In this document: positions 57,960 through 64,000 of the stretch, in pieces
Layout of the letters: the number at the start of each line of letters is the position of its first letter
How positions within the stretch are numbered: position 1 is the first letter of the stretch
Origin: Peptococcaceae bacterium
Lineage (GTDB): Bacteria; Bacillota; Desulfotomaculia; Desulfotomaculales; JACDOK01
NCBI GenBank assembly: GCA_017656185.1
Contig: JACDOK010000008.1
Span: forward strand, 2,093-66,092
Length of the DNA: 64,000 bases
Reading direction: 5' to 3'
Made by a program: the position numbers and the translations under genes
Notes under the pieces: generated by a model
Told to the model about the DNA's origin: nothing
What the model saw: only the letters and a program-made list of their open reading frames with translations
Databases searched by the model: none

Positions 57960-59843
57960 TTACTTCTTTTTAATGGCAAACAACGGCTGCCCATATTCCA
58001 CCGGGCTGCCGTTTTCGACATATATATCGACTATTTCACCGGCAACATCAGCTTCAATTTCGTTCATTAATTTCATGGCTTCAATAATGCATAATACCTG
58101 TCCTTCACTCACTGCACTACCGATTTCCACAAAAGGCGGGGCGTCGGGAGCAGGAGCACGGTAAAAAGTCCCTACCATTGGAGCCAAGACCTTAACCACA
58201 TCTTTATCTAGTTCCTGTGCCGCCTCTTGTTCCGGCCTCTCTTTAGTCAAGGCGTTTGAGCCGGGATTCCCCTCTGCCGTGCCGGCAGCATCCAATGAAA
58301 CGGTCCCGTCTCCACGTCCCTTCTTGATACTAATTTTGATGCCCTGGCTTTCCATAGAAAACTCTGTGATATCCGTTTCACCTAAAAGCTTAATAAGTTC
58401 TCTTATTTCTTCCAGATTCATTTTATTTGCCTCCTTATGCTTAGGCGCCTTTCCGCTCACCGCTTGGACGGTTTTAGCACCAGTATTAGACACTTCTTCC
58501 GCTTCTCCTTTAGCCCGCAGTTCAAAAAATTTACGTGCAACCTGGGGAAATAGTGCATAAGTCAATATATCATCCTCACTAGCCGTTAGATCGGAAATTT
58601 CTTCTTTCATTTTTTCCAGTTTGGGTTCGAGCAAATCGGCGGGGCGACAGGTTATCGGTTCCCGGTCTCCTAATATCTTACGTGCCACTTCCGGGTCTAC
58701 GGGTGCGGGAGGTCTCCCGTACAGACCCTGTACATAGTTCTTAACCTCTGCAGGAACTAATTTATAACGGTTACCGGTAAGCACGTTAAGGACAGCCTGG
58801 GTACCTACAATCTGGCTGGTAGGTGTGACCAGCGGCGGGTAACCTAACTCCTCCCGTACCCGCGGTATTTCGGCTAGAACTTCCGGCAGCTTGTGCACAG
58901 CTTTTTGCTGCTCCAACTGGTTGACCAGATTAGAAATCATACCTCCCGGCACCTGGTGTTCGAATACCCGCATATCGTGAATACGGGTAACGCCGCGCTC
59001 GAAGCCGCGCTCCCGTCTTACTTTTTCAAAGTAGTCCGCAATGTCAAAAAGATTATGCAAATCTAAATCTGTATCATAAGAGGAGTCCTGCAGGCAGCGT
59101 ACTAACGTTTCAACCGGCGGCTGAGAAGCACCAAAAGCCAGGGGTGCAAAAGCTGTATCAATGACATCAACCCCGGCCTCAACCGCTTTAAGGTAAGACC
59201 CCAAGGCCATTCCGCCGATATAGTGACAGTGTAGTTGTACGGGAATTTGTAGTTCTCTTTTGAGAAGCTTCACCAGTTCATACGCCTCATACGGGGCTAA
59301 TAAGCCGGCCATATCCTTAATGCAAATAGAGTCAGCTCCAAGTTCCGCCAAACGGCGGGCCGTATCAATGTAGTGATCGGTGGTATGTACCGGGCTCAAA
59401 GTATATACCACGCTGGCCTGCACATGAGCGCCGGCCTCTTTCGCCGCCCGTATGGGAACCTCCATATTTCTGATATCGTTTAAAGCATCAAAGATGCGTA
59501 TGATATCTATACCATTAGCCACACAACGCTGCACAAAGGCCTCCACAACATCGTCGGGGTAATGGGCGTAGCCTACCAGGGACTGTCCTCGTAACAGCAT
59601 TTGCAGGGGGGTATTTTTGATCATACTCTTTAAAAGCCGCAATCTCTCCCAAGGATCTTCCCGCAGATATCGCAGGCATACGTCAAAGGTTGCCCCTCCC
59701 CATACCTCCAAGGAATGAAATCCCACTCTATCCAATTGTTCCGCTATTGGCAGCATATCCTCGGTAGACATTCTGGTAGCCCATAAACTCTGATGAGCAT
59801 CACGTAGTGTAGTATCGGTAATGGCAACCCTGTGCAAAAACAA
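57960..59843 (-). CDS. 5S-type carboxyltransferase (oxaloacetate decarboxylase alpha / pyruvate carboxylase B-like) fused in frame to a full-length AccB biotin carboxyl carrier protein
   Basis: 627 aa. Residues 1 to ~470 carry VAITDTTLRDAHQS...HCH (DRE-TIM carboxyltransferase). Residues 475-627 (MNLEEIRELIKLLGETDITEF...APMVGTFYRAP...CIIEAMKLMNEIEA) look like a complete AccB. The start may be the second TTG at 59837. Confidence 0.85.
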   Translation of the reverse strand: MFLHRVAITDTTLRDAHQSLWATRMSTEDMLPIAEQLDRVGFHSLEVWGGATFDVCLRYLREDPWERLRLLKSMIKNTPLQMLLRGQSLVGYAHYPDDVVEAFVQRCVANGIDIIRIFDALNDIRNMEVPIRAAKEAGAHVQASVVYTLSPVHTTDHYIDTARRLAELGADSICIKDMAGLLAPYEAYELVKLLKRELQIPVQLHCHYIGGMALGSYLKAVEAGVDVIDTAFAPLAFGASQPPVETLVRCLQDSSYDTDLDLHNLFDIADYFEKVRRERGFERGVTRIHDMRVFEHQVPGGMISNLVNQLEQQKAVHKLPEVLAEIPRVREELGYPPLVTPTSQIVGTQAVLNVLTGNRYKLVPAEVKNYVQGLYGRPPAPVDPEVARKILGDREPITCRPADLLEPKLEKMKEEISDLTASEDDILTYALFPQVARKFFELRAKGEAEEVSNTGAKTVQAVSGKAPKHKEANKMNLEEIRELIKLLGETDITEFSMESQGIKISIKKGRGDGTVSLDAAGTAEGNPGSNALTKERPEQEAAQELDKDVVKVLAPMVGTFYRAPAPDAPPFVEIGSAVSEGQVLCIIEAMKLMNEIEADVAGEIVDIYVENGSPVEYGQPLFAIKKK

Positions 59844-59859
59844 CCCCTCCTAAAACCGA

Positions 59860-59888
59860 AGTTGGGTTGTGCACGCACCAACCCAACT
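59860..59888 (-). terminator. hairpin between spoIIIAH and the carboxylase genes (spoIIIA operon terminator or leader hairpin)
   Basis: AGTTGGGTTG-9 nt-CAACCCAACT (10 bp) followed by TCGGTTTTAGG on the minus strand. The U-tract runs into the SD. Confidence 0.5.
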
Positions 59889-59968
59889 AACTGATAAGAA
59901 ACTATGGTCCTATTATAAATGTGTTTACGGTACTTGGGAACATAGATACGTAAAGTATACAGTAGACA

Positions 59969-60571
59969 TTACTTGTTGCCGATAATTATAATATTTTCAG
60001 GTAATAAATCAGAAACGTGTGCTACTAGATTTATAATAGAAGTTTCCTGCTCCATACTAAGCGTTTCGGGCACCACTACCGTTATCGCGTTATTCTCCAG
60101 AAATACTATTGCATCCTTAAATCCCTTAGCTCGCAAAATATTTTCCAGCTTAACCTCTTTCTCTATTATCTCGCTTATTTCCAATAAACGGTTCTGGGCC
60201 CTAGCCCGGGCATCATCACCGGCCTGGGGGTCTTCGATAATTTCCTGCAGATATTCCACTTGCCTGTCACGTGCACGTTCTCTTTCCATGCGATACTCGA
60301 CAAAAAACTCCGTTTCCCGCTCACTGGGTTTCAGAGATGTTTCCAAAGTTTCGGGTGCGAATACTTCATTATCGGGTAATGGTTCAGTGGAAGATGTTTG
60401 ATCCGGTGACGGACACGGTTTTTGTTCGGATACATCAGGAGTATTTGTTGGTGCAACGCCGGCAGATTGCTCCAAGACCTTCCCGGCTTGCCATACGATA
60501 ACAATAGCTACCGCGACGACTATTAAACAGGAACTCCAAAGTACCTTCCGGTTAACTGTGATACATTTCAT
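59969..60571 (-). CDS. spoIIIAH: stage III sporulation protein AH
   Basis: 200 aa with an N-terminal TM anchor and a C-terminal YscJ/FliF-like domain. Last gene of the spoIIIA operon order. Confidence 0.85.
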   Translation of the reverse strand: MKCITVNRKVLWSSCLIVVAVAIVIVWQAGKVLEQSAGVAPTNTPDVSEQKPCPSPDQTSSTEPLPDNEVFAPETLETSLKPSERETEFFVEYRMERERARDRQVEYLQEIIEDPQAGDDARARAQNRLLEISEIIEKEVKLENILRAKGFKDAIVFLENNAITVVVPETLSMEQETSIINLVAHVSDLLPENIIIIGNK

Positions 60572-60588
60572 ATATCCCTACACCCCCT

Positions 60589-61203
60589 TTAAAATCTTCT
60601 AGGCATTACCACAATTTTATGAGCCTCGACGCCCAACCCAATTTGGATGGCGTTAAATATGCGGCTTTTAATTTTTGGTGACCGGGCACCTTCAGCCACC
60701 ACTAACACACCTTTTACCCGGGGTGCTATTTCTCTTTCCAGTACCGGTACTTCATAACCTTCGCGTGAGATGACTACCATCTCGTTACTGGTACTATTCT
60801 CATTGATCGTCCGCCCGCCGCCTTCCCCGGGGCGCGATTCGTCGGTAAAACGCTGGTCTACATCCTGGTTTCTGGCATACTCCGTAACACTGGAACCTTC
60901 TAATCTTACGGTAACATCGACATCCCCCACACCATCAATCTGCCGCAGCATGTTTTCTAACTGTTCAGAAAGATACTGTTCCTCGGCCTGGATGCGCGAT
61001 AAATCTCCTGAATTTTCCGGCTTATTACCTTTGGTGTTATATGATGCTGTACTTGCCCCATCAATAGGCGGTGGTCCCGAAGAACCGCCCCCGCTGCCAA
61101 AACTACCAAAAACCAAAAGCGCGACCCCGAGCAACCCGATCAGGAGAAGTACCAAATTCTGCTGCTTTTTGCCCTTTAACAAGGGTTCCCACCACGAAGA
61201 CAT
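60589..61203 (-). CDS. spoIIIAG: stage III sporulation protein AG
   Basis: 204 aa with an N-terminal TM helix, a Gly-rich linker and a C-terminal ring-building motif domain (GVLVVAEGA). Position in the operon fits. Confidence 0.88.
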   Translation of the reverse strand: MSSWWEPLLKGKKQQNLVLLLIGLLGVALLVFGSFGSGGGSSGPPPIDGASTASYNTKGNKPENSGDLSRIQAEEQYLSEQLENMLRQIDGVGDVDVTVRLEGSSVTEYARNQDVDQRFTDESRPGEGGGRTINENSTSNEMVVISREGYEVPVLEREIAPRVKGVLVVAEGARSPKIKSRIFNAIQIGLGVEAHKIVVMPRRF

Positions 61204-61215
61204 CCTGTCACTCCC

Positions 61216-61791
61216 CTAACGATATAGGATCTTAACCTGTTCGGCTTGAAGATTATAAAAGTCTGCAACCGTCTCCTTCAGCCTGTCGGCAACTTCAGGT
61301 TGGACCGCCGGTCCCACCTCCCCGCTGACCGCAAGCTCATCCCCTCCTGGTTGAGCACGATCAATATTGATGATAATTTCCTCTATATTTCCGAAAGCAC
61401 CGCCCTGGGAACCCTTAGCGATTTTGACATCTACGTCAGTTACCTCAATCTCAGGGTTGAGCCGGGTCAAAGCCTTGATTTGTTTAGCCAATCCCGTTTT
61501 ATAATGATCCTCTACCAGGGCCTGGTTCTGTTCCCAAAGATTCTTACCGTCGCGCAGAATATCGCTTGAAGTTCGTACAGCTTCGTTTTCAATGGAAAGC
61601 ACTTCAAAATCCATCCCCCAAGGATTACCCCAGTAACCCGTTACGGCCTGCAGTACTGAGACAATTACCAGAAGCCCCAGTACCATCCGTACGTACCTGC
61701 GCATATCGCTTTCCGGGAGCAGCAGTTCCAACAGCACCGCAAGAATTGCCAAAATAACCAGTTCGCGCACCAAGGTCTGAACTGTTTCCAA
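61216..61791 (-). CDS. spoIIIAF: stage III sporulation protein AF
   Basis: 191 aa with two N-terminal TM helices. Position between AE and AG. Confidence 0.85.
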   Translation of the reverse strand: METVQTLVRELVILAILAVLLELLLPESDMRRYVRMVLGLLVIVSVLQAVTGYWGNPWGMDFEVLSIENEAVRTSSDILRDGKNLWEQNQALVEDHYKTGLAKQIKALTRLNPEIEVTDVDVKIAKGSQGGAFGNIEEIIINIDRAQPGGDELAVSGEVGPAVQPEVADRLKETVADFYNLQAEQVKILYR

Positions 61792-61803
61792 GGCCGAACC
61801 TCC

Positions 61804-62979
61804 TCAGCGCAGCATCACAGTTAAATTTCCCATGCCGGATATGATCGCCAGGGCAAAAAAGAATAGAAGCCCGGTGGTAGCCACCACCGCAAAAACAGCT
61901 ACCATACTGTTTCCCAAGGAATTTAGGCAGTTCGACAAGTTGGTCTCACCCACAGGCTGCACCAGTGCTGAGGCCAACTTATAAATAATGACCAGGGCCA
62001 TAATCTTAATCAAAGGGAACAGGGCCATCAGAAAAATGATGAGAAGACCGGCCAAACCCACAGCGTTCTTTACCAGCAGGGAAGATCCAATAACGGCTTC
62101 CATAGAGTCGGAAAACAGCTTACCGACAATCGGCAAAAATGTTTGCGTAGCGAATTTGGCTGTACGAAAGGTAACCCCTTCGGTTACAGCACCTGCCACA
62201 CCCTGAATGGTCAGCAATCCAAGAAAAGCCGTGGAGCAGACGCCCATTATACCAAGCCCCACATTGCGTAGCAGATCTCCAAGTCTTGATATGGAAAAAC
62301 CTGAAGCAAAATGACTGGCCATACCCAGAATGGCCGAAAAGAAAACCAACGGAAAAACGATATTCTTGACGATCAACCCGGAAGCATTAAGAACGGTCAG
62401 AATGACCGGATGGAACAGGCCTGCACTGGCTATGCCTCCCACTGCGCACAAAAGAACCAGCAGAACAGGCAGCATAGCGTGCATAAAGTCCACCATGTTA
62501 TCCACGGCCTCACGACCGGCCTGAAGGGCAACCGTAAAAGAACCGAGGGCCACGGTAATTAAAACCAGATAGACGGCCATTTGGGCCAGTTTTGCGGCAC
62601 TCGCCTTTTCAAACGCGGTTGCCACGTTATTAAGCACGGCACAGATTACAGCCAAAACAACGAGTTTTCCCAACAAATGAGCGTTAGCAACCACCTCTTG
62701 GAAAAGATACTTCAAAAGCGCGTTAACAAAATCACGCGGGTGATAGCCCATTTCGCCCTTGGCTAAAGAAATCACCAGGTCTTTGAAGTTAAGATTAGGT
62801 ATCGCCTGTCCAATTTCTCGATTGAGCAGATCTACATTTTTTTCAACCTGGTTCAGGTCAATTTGATGTAAAGTGTCCTCCGGTTGGATCGCTGGTAAAT
62901 TGGATGCCTCACCAGCGATACACACTTGGGGCAGCAGTATTAACGTAAAAATGATAAGCCCAATAATTCTTCTGCTCAA
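61804..62979 (-). CDS. spoIIIAE: stage III sporulation protein AE
   Basis: 391 aa with a signal peptide plus a polytopic permease-like body. Position in the operon fits. Confidence 0.9.
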   Translation of the reverse strand: MSRRIIGLIIFTLILLPQVCIAGEASNLPAIQPEDTLHQIDLNQVEKNVDLLNREIGQAIPNLNFKDLVISLAKGEMGYHPRDFVNALLKYLFQEVVANAHLLGKLVVLAVICAVLNNVATAFEKASAAKLAQMAVYLVLITVALGSFTVALQAGREAVDNMVDFMHAMLPVLLVLLCAVGGIASAGLFHPVILTVLNASGLIVKNIVFPLVFFSAILGMASHFASGFSISRLGDLLRNVGLGIMGVCSTAFLGLLTIQGVAGAVTEGVTFRTAKFATQTFLPIVGKLFSDSMEAVIGSSLLVKNAVGLAGLLIIFLMALFPLIKIMALVIIYKLASALVQPVGETNLSNCLNSLGNSMVAVFAVVATTGLLFFFALAIISGMGNLTVMLR

Positions 62980-62989
62980 CTTACTCCCC

Positions 62990-63376
62990 CTATGAAAGTA
63001 TTTTCATCAGGGTATCAAGGACGGCCATAACGATAGGTACTGCAAGAACCATGATTAAGATTTTGGCCGCAAACTCGATTTTGGCTCCCAGAGCTCCTTC
63101 CCCGGCATCACGGCATATTTGCGCTCCAAAATCGGCAATATAGGCAATACCAATGATCTTCAAAATCGCCCCCAAGTAAATAACATTGACATTGGCGCGA
63201 GAAGCCAAATCAGTTAAGACATTAATGACGGCGTCAATCTTGTCCAACACCGCCAGGAATATTACTACCCCTGCTACAACACTCAGGAGCAAGGCAATTT
63301 CGGGTTTTTGTTGTCGTAAAATCAACGCTATAACAGTAGCAATGAAAGCAAAACCGACATATTGAAGGATTTCCAC
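62990..63376 (-). CDS. spoIIIAD: stage III sporulation protein AD
   Basis: 128 aa with four TM helices. MEILQYVGFAFIATVIALILRQ is typical of SpoIIIAD. Confidence 0.9.
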   Translation of the reverse strand: MEILQYVGFAFIATVIALILRQQKPEIALLLSVVAGVVIFLAVLDKIDAVINVLTDLASRANVNVIYLGAILKIIGIAYIADFGAQICRDAGEGALGAKIEFAAKILIMVLAVPIVMAVLDTLMKILS

Positions 63377-63391
63377 GCTCCCTTCACCTGC

Positions 63392-63589
63392 CTAAAACAG
63401 TTTAAAAACCGTTTTAATTTCAGTGAACAGATCATTAATAAGCCCGACAACCCAAAAGATGACGACAATAAATCCGACTACAACAGCCCAAAAAGCATAA
63501 TCTTCCTTACCGGCCTGTTTTAACACGGTGTGAATTGCAGCTATGAGCAACCCAACCCCGGCGATCTTGAAAATCAGATCAATATCCAA
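63392..63589 (-). CDS. spoIIIAC: stage III sporulation protein AC
   Basis: TTG at 63589 after an AAGGGGGG SD gives 65 aa, (M)DIDLIFKIAGVGLLIAAIHTVLKQAGKEDYAFW..., parallel to B. subtilis SpoIIIAC. The track's longer ORF overlaps spoIIIAB. Confidence 0.88.
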   Translation of the reverse strand: MDIDLIFKIAGVGLLIAAIHTVLKQAGKEDYAFWAVVVGFIVVIFWVVGLINDLFTEIKTVFKLF

Positions 63590-63603
63590 TGCTGTTGCCC
63601 CCC

Positions 63604-64000
63604 TTAAATTAATAAGAGAACTACGGCCGCCCCGGCAAAAAAACCCAGGTATTGCCACAATTTTACATTCTTGCGTGCCTGTTCCTCGGCCTCGGCAGCC
63701 TGAACCCCTAACCTTTCAATGGCCAGCTTCAGATGCTTGGCCTGGTCATTACGGTCCGAAGCCCCCAGTACCGACCCGAGGTTTGCCAATACCGATATAT
63801 CACTGGATCGTAAATGGGACTTGTCCTGGAGCTGATAAAGGGCTCTCTGCCAGGCCTCGTACACGCTCGTGCCGTCCTGAGACCTCAGATCATCCCCGGC
63901 AGTAACAAATAGCGTGGCAATGATCGGGTTGACTCTTTGTGCTACCTGGTGGAGAGCCTCCGGTAGAGGTGTAGCTCCATAGATGATCTCTGTTTCTAAA
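63604..64000 (-). CDS. spoIIIAB: stage III sporulation protein AB, C-terminal ~131 codons; the gene runs off the right edge
   Basis: The frame stays open beyond the track's GTG at 63864. Hand translation upstream gives ...LETEIIYGATPLPEALHQVAQRVNPIIATLF..., matching SpoIIIAB (EAEIMYGHTPL... in B. subtilis). Confidence 0.85.
   Translation of the reverse strand, partial: LETEIIYGATPLPEALHQVAQRVNPIIATLFVTAGDDLRSQDGTSVYEAWQRALYQLQDKSHLRSSDISVLANLGSVLGASDRNDQAKHLKLAIERLGVQAAEAEEQARKNVKLWQYLGFFAGAAVVLLLI

Overview
This is a 64-kb core-genome window with nearly all genes on the minus strand. The only plus-strand genes are the DUF4912/GH57 pair at 29.4-31.7 kb. Gene content points to a spore-forming, sulfate-reducing Firmicute of the Desulfotomaculum group. 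That assignment is an inference from a truncated dissimilatory-type sat at the left edge plus spoIIIAB-AH, spoVS and ytrH/ytrI.

From right to left on the coding strand the window holds:
- spoIIIAB-AH
- a carboxyltransferase-BCCP fusion plus accC
- the asp23/amaP/DUF2273 genes
- nusB-xseA-folD-fchA-xseB-ispA, then a large ncRNA, then a 4-TM protein, then dxs-tlyA-nadK-MTase-argR-recN
- gatCAB
- a nifV/leuCD/icd-like four-gene cluster
- an alpha-glucan (glycogen-like) cluster
- a CoA-binding protein, trmL, dnaE, mtrB (TRAP), accDA, pfkA, pyk, dedA, tRNA-Leu(CAA), nfu
- rny-ymdB-spoVS
- a dipeptidase, DUF3842, a histidine phosphatase, kamA, ytrHI, guaB
- a coiled-coil protein
- hom-thrB-aspartokinase and sat

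I saw no rRNA, CRISPR array, transposase, integrase or phage genes, so this is not an obvious accessory island.

The signals most worth a second look:
1. A ~585-nt ORF-free, heavily base-paired RNA between ispA and a small membrane protein. I interpret it as an OLE RNA with its partner oapA.
2. A ~190-nt leader of RNase Y (rny) with a four-way junction and an intrinsic terminator. I cannot assign it to any RNA family I recognise.
3. A ydaO-type c-di-AMP riboswitch controlling a stand-alone lysine 2,3-aminomutase.
4. A 5S-type carboxyltransferase fused in frame to a complete AccB that keeps its own Shine-Dalgarno (SD) sequence and ATG.
5. An orphan TRAP (mtrB) gene with its own promoter.
6. A sugar nucleotidyltransferase fused to a phosphohexomutase-like domain in which all four catalytic motifs look degenerate.

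All calls come from reading the sequence and from remembered family motifs. No database search was run.
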